Assembly (NCBI GenBank): GCA_964016885.1
Contig: OZ024745.1
Location: 111,724,001-111,788,000 of the forward strand
Length of the DNA: 64,000 bases
Direction: 5' to 3'
Origin: Eledone cirrhosa
Lineage: Eukaryota
The first letter of the stretch is position 1. Each line of letters opens with the position of its first letter. The position numbers and the translations under genes are program-made. Under the pieces are notes generated by a model. That model saw only the letters and a list, made by a program, of their open reading frames with translations, ran no database searches and had not been told where the DNA came from. Below, piece after piece: positions 38,801-49,300 of the stretch.

Positions 38801-41081
38801 GCCAGGGTATAAAAACTCCAGTTAATAAGTATGTTTTCAACCTAAACTCTGCTTACTGGAGTTAATTTCAGTATAAATATTAACATATGTCCTCGCTGTA
38901 AAAAAAATACTAATAATATTTCGTTTAGATTGATAAAAAATAGATTTGCAGGAGCTGGTGTAGAAATCTGCTAGCTTCAGCAGAAGGGAGGTAGATGTAA
39001 AAGCTGAACTCTCTGACTTCAGTTCGGTATTCGTGCCAACCCTTGAGTAATGACTGAAAGAATACAAGCGGCTGAAATAGGGTTCCTCCAAAGTGCATAG
39101 CTTGGAGATCAAAGAGTCACTCAAGATAGAACCACTACTTCTCCAAATTGAGAGATCACAGTTCCGATATTACAGACATGGGGTTAGTATGTGTCAGGAA
39201 AGAATCGCTGGACAGATTTTACAGACCCCAAACAAGATGGTTCGATAACACGAGTATGTTAGTACTGAGATTGAAGCAATTACTATGAAATTATAAAAGA
39301 TATCTAGCTTTGGGTTGGGACATTTTCTAGATGTCTCTTAACCCTTTAGCATTTAAACCGGCTGTTCATACCTATATTAAGGTATTGTTCTCAAAGTAAA
39401 TAACAACAAAATCTCAGATTCAAAATATTGTGAGATAAAGCCTTTACTGTGAAAACACAATAGTAAATATAGAATAATGTAAATGCTAAAGTGTTAAGCT
39501 ATTTATTGTTAGTACTAAGGCTACAGGTGAAGTTGACTTTGACAGATGTTTAAAGTCTAAAACTAGTCAGTTGATTTGAAAACCCATACCATAATTATTT
39601 TATACATGTAAATACACTGACATGGACAAATGGTCTAATGAAGCAGTTCTTTGGGTGTTTATTTAAGATATATAACTATATACTTCCAACAATGTTTATT
39701 CATGTGTGAAATAATATTCAACTGCTCTTTTGCTTGAATGTACATATCAGCAGCCTGAGATCCTCCTTCATAAACTTCCTCACCTATCCTGTGTCTCTAT
39801 CATTCATCAAGTGAAATATGCTTACCCCATTTCTTTACAACCTTTACCGTCAACATCCTTATCTTGCATACTCATATAATCTGGTTTTCTAACAGGTAAT
39901 AAGTTCCCTGAACGTGAATAATAGAGGAAAGCCATCCCCATGGTGGGATGTCTCTTTTTACACCACCCTAATGTAACGAGGTAGTAGTGGTAGAGTCATG
40001 ATAAAATGCTCCCAGTACACACAGTAAAGTGGGTGGTGTTAGGTAGGGCATCCAGTCAGAGCATAGTCTCCTGCCTGGTCCAGCTTCAGTGCATAACAAC
40101 CCATGCAAGCATGGAAACGAGATGTCAATGGTGATGATGATAACCATGTTAGGTCTGACTTCCAATTCAAATTTTGTTAGTGTCAAATCTTAACAGTAAT
40201 ATAATACAGTCAATCACCTAAAAGACAAATATTACATCAATGTTTTATTGTTGAAATATCTCCTTACAATGTTTACATAAAACATTAATGAAATATGTAT
40301 AATTGATATATAATGTGAATTTCATTTCACTAGAGGTATTCAATCTGTTGATGGTGGTGGTTTTGGAGTTGAACGACCTGCAAATCTTACAAAAGATGAT
40401 GATGAATACGAAGCCTTTAGAAAACGTATGATGCTTGCATACAAATTCCGACCAAATCCTTTGGTGAGCTGAACCTATTTGTGTCTTCTTATTGAAACTG
40501 TTACGTTTCAGTGTAAGATGAATCTTTGGAAATTATTATAACATCGAACAAAAAATGTGTATGGATTGCAAATCAAAGTTGAGTCACATGTTTCAGAAAC
40601 ATTACAGTAGAGAATTCTGGCCGGTTAAAGATTAAGAAAGAGAAATTTCATTTTGTAAATGACATGCAGTAATGTTATGTTTATGAAACATGTGGCTGGC
40701 TCAACTTTGATTTGATTTGCAATCCATACAACTGTTTCTTATATATATACTGGTAGAATTGCCCAGTTCAAGAGAATGCTATTGGATTTCTCTTTGAGAT
40801 AAGAAAATAATTTTTTCCAAACCATTTGATGTCTGCACTTTGCCAGAAATACACCCAATTCAGTGGTTGACATTAGGAAGGGCTAGATCTGTTAAATGTG
40901 CACCTTGGCCAAATAGGGCTCAAACCACATTTGTGTTGTCAGTATACTCTTAACTGGCCATTCATTGTTTTGACTTTTAAAATTTAGTAGATTGGGAAAG
41001 TATTTCATTATTGAATCTATAAACTAATCAAATATGTATATTTCTTTTTTTTAGAACAATCCACGCCGGCCATACTATTGA
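6234..41081 (+). CDS. SUGP1: SURP and G-patch domain-containing protein 1 (splicing factor 4), spliced gene, 14 coding exons, 2304 nt, ~767 aa
   Basis: Exons 6234-6502, 12756-12937, 15862-16377, 17536-17656, 19069-19169, 21137-21254, 22196-22320, 23957-24154, 27471-27559, 33392-33566, 35630-35727, 38674-38828, 40334-40463, 41055-41081 all have GT-AG ends and matching phases. Motifs recognised from human SUGP1: [63 protein letters not shown]-patch [42 protein letters not shown]. An in-frame TGA at 6228 supports the ATG; the acceptor at 6218 implies a further upstream 5' UTR exon. Confidence 0.95.
6860..7270 (-). mobile_element. RTE LINE family A, 5'-truncated 3' end with (ATG)n tail
   Basis: [12 protein letters not shown]...GRGRPRKTW; near-identical reverse complement of ~11440-11840. 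Confidence 0.9.
7280..9650 (-). mobile_element. RTE LINE family B, 5'-truncated, frameshifted reverse transcriptase
   Basis: [48 protein letters not shown]; frame breaks near 8020 and 8840. Confidence 0.95.
10190..10600 (-). mobile_element. Old RTE LINE fragment, continuing at ~11850-12680 and interrupted by the family A copy
   Basis: Degenerate similarity to RTE C-terminal coding region. Confidence 0.65.
10609..11840 (+). mobile_element. RTE LINE family A, 5'-truncated, with stops and frameshifts, (ATG)n tail
   Basis: [30 protein letters not shown], tail taaaatgatgatgatg. Confidence 0.93.
11850..12680 (-). mobile_element. Old RTE LINE fragments
   Basis: [25 protein letters not shown] remnant. 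Confidence 0.6.
12756..12937 (+). CDS. SUGP1: SUGP1 coding exon 2
   Basis: Polypyrimidine tract plus ttaag; [15 protein letters not shown]; gtaagt. Confidence 0.9.
13126..13230. repeat. Degenerate minisatellite, 3 x ~34 bp
   Basis: tcctmtaaccttgtaaaacaggg-tcaggaacca-like units. Confidence 0.6.
15400..15695 (+). mobile_element. Retroelement 3' end with internal duplication and (ATT)n tail
   Basis: tgatgagttgtagtgcacctgagcactgtacacaata occurs twice; another copy at ~28050-28236. Confidence 0.6.
15862..16377 (+). CDS. SUGP1: SUGP1 coding exon 3 (Ser/Pro-rich, 33-Ser tract)
   Basis: Phase 1-1 open exon, ends [12 protein letters not shown], donor gtaaga. Confidence 0.85.
16662..17120 (+). mobile_element. 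Non-autonomous DNA transposon fragment
   Basis: Reverse-complement match to 18262-18596; ends in gagtatatacagta, with a similar terminus at ~18820. Confidence 0.6.
17131..17346 (+). mobile_element. piggyBac-like MITE, family 1
   Basis: ttaactctttagcattta...taaatgctaaagggttaa. Confidence 0.85.
17536..17656 (+). CDS. SUGP1: SUGP1 coding exon 4
   Basis: ttttctag acceptor, open frame, ag|gtatgt donor; phase fits neighbours. Confidence 0.75.
17835..18262 (-). mobile_element. RTE LINE family A 3' end
   Basis: [17 protein letters not shown]...RGRPRKTW. Confidence 0.88.
18262..18821 (-). mobile_element. Non-autonomous DNA transposon, inverted copy of 16662-17120
   Basis: ctctatgaatccctatacaaagttct is the reverse complement of 16692-16717. 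Confidence 0.6.
19069..19169 (+). CDS. SUGP1: SUGP1 coding exon 5
   Basis: ccattag acceptor, open frame, ag|gtattc donor; restores phase 1. Confidence 0.75.
19704..20105. mobile_element. Family 1 MITE (19704-19902) abutting a family 2 MITE through a shared TTAA
   Basis: TIRs of both elements visible; the second has ~40-bp imperfect TIRs (cctgaaagcacccctagttct / agaactaggggaggtttcagg). Confidence 0.75.
20172..20458 (+). mobile_element. tRNA-derived SINE
   Basis: A box tggcttagtgg, B-box-like ggtttgattcc, central ccctgtgatagactggcgtcctgtccagggg, (AGACTTT)2 tail; similar heads at ~21285, ~24265, ~31040. Confidence 0.8.
21137..21254 (+). CDS. SUGP1: SUGP1 coding exon 6 (SURP N-half; exact acceptor ambiguous)
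   Basis: [40 protein letters not shown]; donor gtaagt. Confidence 0.85.
22196..22320 (+). CDS. SUGP1: SUGP1 coding exon 7 (SURP C-half)
   Basis: [21 protein letters not shown]; donor gtgagt. Confidence 0.85.
22383..23600 (-). mobile_element. Nested cluster: partial MITE, old RTE LINE, and a (CAT)n-tailed SINE/LINE tail at ~22823-22990
   Basis: [13 protein letters not shown] and [20 protein letters not shown] remnants. Confidence 0.7.
23957..24154 (+). CDS. SUGP1: SUGP1 coding exon 8 (ULM motif)
   Basis: [10 protein letters not shown]; ttttag acceptor, gtaaga donor. Confidence 0.9.
24752..25315 (+). mobile_element. RTE LINE family B 3' end with full 3' UTR and (ATG)n tail
   Basis: Reverse complement of 36327-36900. 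Confidence 0.88.
25464..25677. mobile_element. Fold-back MITE-like element
   Basis: ~47-bp imperfect TIRs plus an internal hairpin at 25518-25553. Confidence 0.65.
25703..26343 (-). mobile_element. Non-autonomous Helitron
   Basis: Minus strand starts TCTATATATATAAAG and ends acgc-agcaag-gcgt hairpin + gggtaatttggCTAG, inserted between A and T. Confidence 0.7.
27218..27386 (-). mobile_element. piggyBac-like MITE, family 1
   Basis: TTAA-CCCTTTAGCATT termini. Confidence 0.8.
27471..27559 (+). CDS. SUGP1: SUGP1 coding exon 9
   Basis: [20 protein letters not shown]; donor gtaggt, phase 0. Confidence 0.9.
28240..28430 (+). mobile_element. SINE with pol III-like head
   Basis: gagttcaaatccc B box and ttgcctttcatcct core; near-identical copy at 35085-35271. 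Confidence 0.8.
29134..29341 (+). mobile_element. piggyBac-like MITE, family 1
   Basis: Same internal sequence and TIR; further copies at ~35345-35528 and 39338-39497. Confidence 0.8.
30508..30671 (+). mobile_element. Short 5'-truncated RTE/BovB-like LINE end with C2H2 finger and 12-bp target-site duplication
   Basis: [21 protein letters not shown]; attctgtttagt at 30496-30507 and 30672-30683. Confidence 0.85.
33392..33566 (+). CDS. SUGP1: SUGP1 coding exon 10
   Basis: [23 protein letters not shown]. Confidence 0.95.
33645..34205 (+). mobile_element. Decayed mariner (Tc1/mariner) transposon
   Basis: HDNASSH at 34038 and [24 protein letters not shown], resembling the mariner HDNA and YSPDLAP motifs; boundaries approximate. 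Confidence 0.75.
35085..35271 (+). mobile_element. SINE, same family as 28240-28430
   Basis: Direct sequence match. Confidence 0.8.
35630..35727 (+). CDS. SUGP1: SUGP1 coding exon 11
   Basis: [33 protein letters not shown]. Confidence 0.95.
36055..36186. repeat. Near-perfect palindrome, 65-bp arms, 2-nt loop
   Basis: ...agctagatccgaactaag-ct-cttagttcggatctagct...; 7 mismatches across the arms. Confidence 0.95.
36327..38636 (-). mobile_element. RTE LINE family B, 5'-truncated, with 3' UTR and (ATG)n tail
   Basis: YKGKGD...[24 protein letters not shown], degraded YADD (YAHE). Confidence 0.95.
38674..38828 (+). CDS. SUGP1: SUGP1 coding exon 12 (G-patch)
   Basis: [46 protein letters not shown]. 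Confidence 0.95.
39338..39497 (+). mobile_element. piggyBac-like MITE, family 1 (internally deleted)
   Basis: TTAA and TIR at both ends. Confidence 0.8.
40334..40463 (+). CDS. SUGP1: SUGP1 coding exon 13
   Basis: [23 protein letters not shown]. Confidence 0.95.
40558..40730. mobile_element. MITE-like inverted repeat in the last SUGP1 intron
   Basis: tgtatggattgcaaatcaaagttgag ... ctcaactttgatttgatttgcaatccataca. Confidence 0.7.
41055..41081 (+). CDS. SUGP1: SUGP1 last coding exon
   Basis: NNPRRPYY then TGA. Confidence 0.95.
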   Translation, partial: NNPRRPYY

Positions 41082-41221
41082 GAGAATTGAAGTTTAAACA
41101 GAAGACCTCATCTAAAACAATTTTTATTCATCAGATATTATTTTCATGTCCATAATGTAACAACTTCTGAAAATACACAATATATCATCTGGTTTTTAAA
41201 GTCTTTCTGGCAGAAGTATTC

Positions 41222-41227
41222 AATAAA
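41222..41227 (+). promoter_or_regulatory. Candidate SUGP1 polyadenylation signal
   Basis: First AATAAA after the stop, ~140 nt downstream. Confidence 0.45.
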
Positions 41228-43228
41228 AAAAGTTATTTGGTTTAAAATTTAAAGGCTTCCCCTGTTATTGGTTGCTATCTGTGAAATAAGTGATTGACTA
41301 TATACTTGGTGTTTGAGACATTTCAGCTTGTCATAGTCAGCTTATTGAAAATTTCTCTCTTGGGTTGTGAAGTTCTGCTATTTTATAAATATATTTTATT
41401 TTGCGTCTCCAGAATGTCAAGTTGAAAGTACAAAAGCAACATGGTATGGTTGCTTGGTGTAGCTGCTATTAATTTAAATTAAACTGTGCATGTACTAACT
41501 TGAACTGTCACATTCCAGTGTTTCGCCCAGGGTTCTTTTTTCTTCAAATATTGACTATTTAACTCCTGCAAGCTCTTGTTGCAAAAATGGCATAAGTGAA
41601 AAAAAAAAAAAACACTAAATCCTGTTTACTGTGATCATTAAAGGATTGAAACTAATATTGGTCTTTCATAATTAAAGGCTTATTGAAGCAATATTGTTGG
41701 TTTTGTTTGATACTTTACATCTACTCAATGCAGCGTTTTGAATAGGAGGGAATCCTATCCCCATTAAGTTGTGGTTTCATTACATCTAACATTGATATAT
41801 AAGCATTCGATATTATAATGTATGTTTATAAAGTAATACAAACAATAGATTATATATAATCACATTTATTTTTCAAAATTTCTATGTAGAGTTAAGGTTA
41901 AACTCATTTCTTCTAGAATAGTATTTTAACAAAAACAGACTTGCATTGATTAAAAAGACTAATGGTGGGTTTGAACAATATGGGAGAAGGGACTGCCTTA
42001 AGTCGAACATCGGGATGAAAGGGAGGGAACTGTAAGAGATGCACGCTGCTACCATCTTTCTATCAATATTTGACTTACATCACTGATCCTTTTTCATTCA
42101 GGCAGTTTAACAACCTCAGATTATTTCATTTTTCTCTTCAGCTTTTATAGATCTACATTAGTTGGGCTTGTCTAACTTCAACTCCCTTGCTCTGAACTTT
42201 CACTAATAGAGACCTAACTGGAAGAGAAACACGTATATTGTGGACAATACTTTTTATTGCTGTGATGTCAACACCAAATTATATCCAGTGTCCCTTGTAT
42301 TTGCTGAAATGACATTCATTCAGAGTACTTACGCAAATGTTCTACACTCGACTTTATAAATTTGTATTATCAGATTTTTCTTGTACGCTTAAAGATGGTT
42401 CACAAGTCATTCAGAGAGGCATGGTCATCCATAATAAATATGCAAAGAATAGTTTGATTCTATTTGGGAAATGTCTCAAACTCAGCTTACTGTTGCAATT
42501 GACACATCTGTCCTAAGCGTAGCATCTCCATAATAAAATGAAGAATGTGACTAAAACCTACAAAAGTTAACATCTCAGCAATTTTGAGATAGTAATACTG
42601 CAACCCCATGGTCATCCATTAGTGTCATGTTGGTACCTTCATATTAACTCGTCTAATGCATCAGTAAATCTCTTAAGTTCCTCCTAGCTTGATACACCAT
42701 TTCTTGCTAAAGTGTCTAGCCAATTACTCTAAAAAAACTTTAAAATATGACCAGTTGTCTATAGTTCCTGAATTTATATTTGCTATAGAATGATAAAAAA
42801 AATATTTAGTTGTGGATAAGTTGCAATCATGATACTGAATTCTATTTTACTGCATTCTGCATGAGTGAAATCAGGGAGCCTTTGTGCAGTATGTATTTAA
42901 CTATATATAGACAAAGGAATAAACCCAAAAGAGCATTCTACATACTAAATATATACACACTGTAAGGTCCCAAATATAGTAAATTGATAAGGCGTCTTCC
43001 TAATTTTCTATTGAATTCTCAAAACTTTCATTTCATGACTTAAGTTGAGTTGTATCTTTTTTTTTTTTTTTTTAATCGCTAGAGTTCTAAAATGTAATAT
43101 ATTTGGAATCTGGTATAGACAATGTAGTTTAAAATGGATCTGATCTTAGACTTAACTGATGATAGTATGCTGCTGAAAGAACTATTACAACTAAATCAAA
43201 ATACTCCACAGCCAATGTGGTTCTCTTT

Positions 43229-43322
43229 TGGACAGTGCTTTCTCTGCAAGTTATAGAGCTATGTGTTAGGACAAGTGGACAGTGCTTTCTCTGCAAGTTA
43301 TAGAGCTATGTGTTAGGACAAG
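43229..43322. repeat. Perfect tandem duplication, 2 x 47 bp
   Basis: tggacagtgctttctctgcaagttatagagctatgtgttaggacaag twice. Confidence 0.95.
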
Positions 43323-46300
43323 AAACTGCATTCTTTGCTCAATAATTGGAGATCAAAGAATCAAGATACTTAAGCAAAAGGGCTCGAAACATTGTACAAT
43401 AACAAGCAACATTGTCAAAATAATATATTCCACAATAGACTTGGGTTGACCAACATCATGTCAGTCAACAAAATGTGGAGGGTAGTAATTCCAACCAAAT
43501 TTAAGACTTTGGTAACAATTAGTCATTGAAAACCTATAAACCATACACCATCCTTCACAAAATACTTGATGACAACTGGGATTTACAACTTAATTTTGAT
43601 TTTGCTAGCAGGCACTATTTTAATACAAACTTCAGAACATGAGAGTAACGACCACATACAGCTAGCAAGCAATTTTCCCATCAATAAGTAATATTTAAAT
43701 GAGGATACAACCATAAATCCGCCAGAACTAGAGTGTGATTTCACCAGATATTTGTACATTACCATTTTTATATGAAATTGTGTTCAACTTAATTTATTTT
43801 GGCTATATTTTTGTGACAGCAAAAAAAACCTACAGGATATTTTAATTGCCAATAGTTATAGCAACTCCAACAAAACCTAGAAAAGATTAATCCCTGAAAC
43901 AAGAGTGAAAATCCAAACTTCTATTCAGAAGTACTCAAAAACCAATCTATTTCCTTTTATTGAAACGTAGACAAATGCAGAACCAAACATGTAGAACAAA
44001 AGATGATCCCATACAGGTTTGGACGAAATTGAAGTTATTTTCCATGGTAAATAGATGTAAATCACTAGGAAGCTGAGCAAAATCAAGAACTACTGAACAC
44101 AAATCTTCAATGCGGTTGGTTTTCAATATCAGGACCATAAAGAACACGACCCCTCTCAACCTGGAAAAAGAATTGTCCATTGACAAAGATTGTACTGCTG
44201 GTTATGCCAACACATACTAAGACTAGAAATGAGATCACTTCCATATCAAAGAATTCACATAGCTTTTAACTGGTGTTTCAGTTGTGCCATTGTGGTGTGT
44301 ACCACAATTATTGCAAATAGAAAAGGGCTAATATTGGATATTTAAAAGGCAAAATTAAGGTGGTCTGATTCACTAATAGAAATGCAATTTGCTAGCAACT
44401 ACATACAAATGGGACCTGGACTTGTGGATGCAAATTGGCTTCAAATAATTCACAAAGGTAATAAGTGGAGGTATGTGGATTAGAACCAAAAGTGACTTGT
44501 TTGTAATTCCAAACATTGCAATTTAGAAAAAGGGCAGGACTCCTAGTGAATGGTAAATTGAAGCAACTTGCATGAAAATTCACGAACCTGTAAATTTTAA
44601 TTTTATTTGCATGTGAAGACTATTTTGTAGATTATGATGAATTCCAGTATTATGTGCTATTTTAGCCTATATTAATATGCACTCAAATTCAATTGATCTA
44701 ACGTGCTGAAATTTTCTATACAATTATTATAGATTTCAGCTTATTGTCTAGTAACTTATTTTATAGGGTGCTGTATTGAGAAAAATTCCAGATTTATGCA
44801 AATATCCTTTGTTAAGTTGTGTTCGAAGCTATATATATATATATATCAGTTTTAGTTTAATTGAAACAAACTAAGACATTCAAGAACTTAAGATTGGTTT
44901 CAATAATGGAAGGGTTAATTCCATCTAGATATCAATGAGGCAATGAAAGCCACTCAATATTTCAGTTACACATGGCCAGTACAAGACAATGAAAGAACTA
45001 ATGATTGATAAAAAGCAAGAATAAGGAGAAAAGTATTGGTGTGCATAATACTGTTTAGAACACAACCACAATGGAAAATGCCACTGACTCATTTTCAAAT
45101 CTGTGAATATTGTTTTTCTGTTATAACATCACCAAAATTGAAATGGCACTGATGTTGACAATTCCCTTACTGCCAATTAGATTAATTAACATGCTGAGAA
45201 AAGAAAAACTGAAATTAGTTTAAGATTTTATTTCAGAGATGAAATGACTAATGAGGAATCACAGATGGATTGTTTTATCACAGATTTCACTTGTAGAAAG
45301 ACTATGGTTTTGTAGTAATTTTGAGCACAAGGCATCAAAAATCGAGATCAAAGGGAAGAATCTCATTTTGAGAGCTATAAAAACTCATTTCAATGAACGT
45401 TTTTTTTATAAAAATGCATGTAAAATATAAATGATTTGTAGAAACTTTATAGTCATGAATATTGAAATGACAAATGTTTGAATAATGGCACGTAAAATAG
45501 ATGCTTTGTAAAAATTGAATGAGTCTGTATGGATATAAAATAAATTTGTACAAATTCAGAATAGTTCATATAAAATTCCATTTTTTCACACATGTAGTTC
45601 ATGTCCATGACCTGAAAAAAAAAAAAAGTAAAGTAATAAATAAAACTGAAATAAACAATTTTTGGTGCTAAACAACAGTAAAGATTAATTTAATTTTAAT
45701 ATGGCATAAAGTCTAAAATCCAACATTTTAGGAGAAATAAATAAACTTACCACATGCTTTTTAGAAAGTATAGACTCTGAATTTAATGATAATACACTGT
45801 AAATAAAGAAATTAAAATAAATTTATATAGAAGACAATTCTTATTACAATTTATTAATATCAACACAAAATTTAACATGTATGTTTACATATATGCATGG
45901 TTATGTAGAAGAAAAAAAAAAGGTACTTAATAGGAACACAGTTACCATGAAATCATCTCAATAAGTTCAATTTGAAGGTGTTTCTCATGTGAGAATAAGT
46001 ACAAAATTCAAGAGATAAAAGGTTCTGATTACAAGCTAGTGATTCACCAATTGCTTATTAAAAGTATTATATTCGTAAAAGCATTCAATATAGTCAAGGG
46101 CACCGACACTATAACTACTGGCAAGGTGCTTACTCAGCATACTGATCTTTATTTCAGTCCCCATAAAGTACTTTCAGCAGCTTCTTGACTGCTTAAAATG
46201 GACACTAAGGAGTGGCCTCTTCTCACAGAATAATGTACCCAATTCCAAGAGAAATTCAAGTCAAAAGGATGAAATGTTGACCATAGTGGGATTATTCTCA

Positions 46301-49300
46301 ATGATTTTTATCAAGTCAGAGGTTGCTTGATATGCTTGAAATAGGCAAATGTCTCAAATTACACTTCAATATTTAAGGAAAGACAGGCATACTGGACAAT
46401 GTAGTTTAAGAAATTATATAGAAACAGGATGATTATATATCAAATGCTCAACTACCATCATATGGAGCACATGAAATATTACTGTACTGGACAAAAATCA
46501 CAACATAAAAATCTATTACACAATATGACAAGGAAAAGAGATTACTTACCAATCTAAAAACGTACAAAAAATGCAACAGCTTGCAGTTGAGGAGTCATGA
46601 AAATATGTTGCTACGATGGAATGCCAGCATGAGGTAGGTCTTTATAGAGAAAACACTACAGAAAAAAAAAAGATATCAATTATACATCACAGTTAAAAAG
46701 ATTAATAAACAAGATATACTATGAAAACCAGACGAAAAGTATATATATACATATACATATATATATATATAATACATATACATATATATATATATATATG
46801 ATACATATACAACAAATGAATTCATACAAACTTGCTCCTTAAATGTGCAGGTAATTTACAACTGGCACACTCCATGAAGAGGGACTGAGTACATTTTGGT
46901 CTCATTTTTCATTAAAAGATTGCTCTTCATTTGATTTTTTTTTGTCAAAGTGGTGAGTGTTTAATAATTTACATTATCCTCTCAGAGAGAGATTAAAAGG
47001 ACCATTTGATAAATTAAAAAAAAATAATGTTCTTCCCTATTTGAAAATAGAATGATGCTATATATATATAAATATATATATTAGAATTTTACAAAGCATC
47101 AAGGGAGAAACATGAAAAACTTACAGAACATCAGCAAGCCGAGATTGATTTCACAATGCTTGATAAAAAATAAATGCAACAAATTGAGAGTAAACAAAAA
47201 CCAATATTTCTTTGTTCGGAGAAGTGCAGTGATATTGGAAGATGTGGGCCTTACAATTAAGGCGAGCCAGCAAAATTTTTTGTAGCAAAGCACGATGAAA
47301 GAATACAAAACACTTGTCTAATTATTATAATGAAATCATAGTAATTGTTGTAAATAGTGATAAGCATAAAAAGGTCAAAGTGAAGAAGCCTCTTTCTGGC
47401 AGCACTTCTAATTGAAGGCATAGCACACAGACTGACAATATCCACAAAGAAAACAACTACAGCATCACGTCTAATAGCAGTAAGCTAAGTTAATTACAAT
47501 TAAATACAAAACTAGAAATACAGAAAAACAATTAGAAAATTTTGTATTTGGTTAAAAAATTAAGAATGGTGGGGAAAGTTCATATTCAAGCTGATAAAAA
47601 GTGGCTGAACCAGAAGAAGAGAATTTGCCCATATAGAATAGTGGAAACAAAGGACAAATTCAGCAGTGGATAATTCATACATATATATAGTTTAAACAAA
47701 CAGGACTCCTTAACGGAATACTTAGCAGGCCAGCAAGTCTACAGAAAAAGTGCTAATCTCTAGGGAACTAACGAAAATATTTCACAACAAAGATGAGCTA
47801 GAAAAACAAAAATGTTTACTGTCACTAAAGTTATTGCAGAATAAATAAAAAGCCACCAATCCCAATTGTAAGTATTACTATATATAAAAAAACAAAGAAA
47901 AGAGACAAAAGATATTTCCTACTTACCATCATTTTATTGACTGAAGAAAATACAATGGTCTTGAAAGACGTCAGAGCCTCAACAACCCCTCAGCAAGCTC
48001 GCACTGTGAAGTCTTTACAACAAACATTAGGAGTTAACTAACACCTAGATATGAGGTAGATAAATAATAAATCTTCAACTTGGATTTTCCCAAGTCAAGA
48101 GTTATTCTCTCTGGACAACAGATAAAAAAAGGAGTTCAGTGAGACCATCCTCCCAGAGAGTCAAGAGATGAAGAAAAAAGATTTGGAGCATACACATTTC
48201 TGTGCAAATGATGCAGACAGACGAAGCTGTTGATAAAAATCCTTGGGAAATATTCTGCTAGATACCACCACGGTCAAATAAGCAGTACTAACTACCGGAG
48301 CAAGTAAAAAATAATATAATAAATACAATAGGATATACATATATAAGATTAAAAAAAAAGAAAAAAGATTTTTTTCTCTTTTTTTTTATGAAGAAAATTT
48401 TGTAAGCTTTCCCATATTACAAAAAACATGCAAATTCAGTATTGGCAATCAAACAGCTCCATCTCCAGAAAGAAATGTGTATAGCAAACAAAAACGATCA
48501 GGAACCACTGAGGTACACAAATTTCCAGGTAAACTTAACTAATTCCCTTATCCCAGAATTTTCCAATGATTGTTATATAGTTAGGAAGATATACAATTAG
48601 CAAATGGATAATTAAATGGGCTACTAACGAAAATGGATAAGACTAATTGAAGGGAAAATAATTTCAAGTCATATGAAGAATATTTAGGAGTACAAGGAAC
48701 TATGTAGCAAAGAGGAAGTTTAAATATATTTAGGGAAATAAAGCACAAAAAAAAAAATAAAAAAAGAGGGAGAGGAAAAATATGAAGTATATCATTCCAT
48801 TTATTTTAAACTGTCGTGGAGGTCTGCAGTGCAAAGAGCCAATTGCTGACAAAATTCACCATAGTAACTGGCCAGCAGTTGTTATCTTTTGACTGGAGAG
48901 CCTGGAAATTTTCGGCATTCAGTCGTTCAGCATGATCAAATTGTATTGCTCGAGTAAGCTGCCAACAGCCCTGTTCTTCGACAAAAAGGTAAAAAGTAAA
49001 AAGTCTGAATGAATATCTCAACATTAAATCCACTTGCTCAGTCAAAAGTAACTGGTTTGGTTGGTTTCCTAAATCTTTTTCACTTCAAACTTACAGCTAG
49101 TATCAAGAGATGAAACAAGCATTGCTGAATTGTAAAATTCTCTAAACTTGAATTCTAGTACAGGTCAAGCCATCTTTACTAATATTAGCAGAGATTGCCT
49201 GAAATTATATATCTAAGAGAGAGATATAAAGAAAAAAACCCAGATTTTATGGAATTCAACTTTAGATTTGTAATTAAGGAAAGAATTGTGAGCTGACCAA

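Noticed and set aside
42300-43760. Faint hAT transposase-like peptides on the minus strand (PVVIKYF)
   Set aside because: Too degraded to support without a profile search
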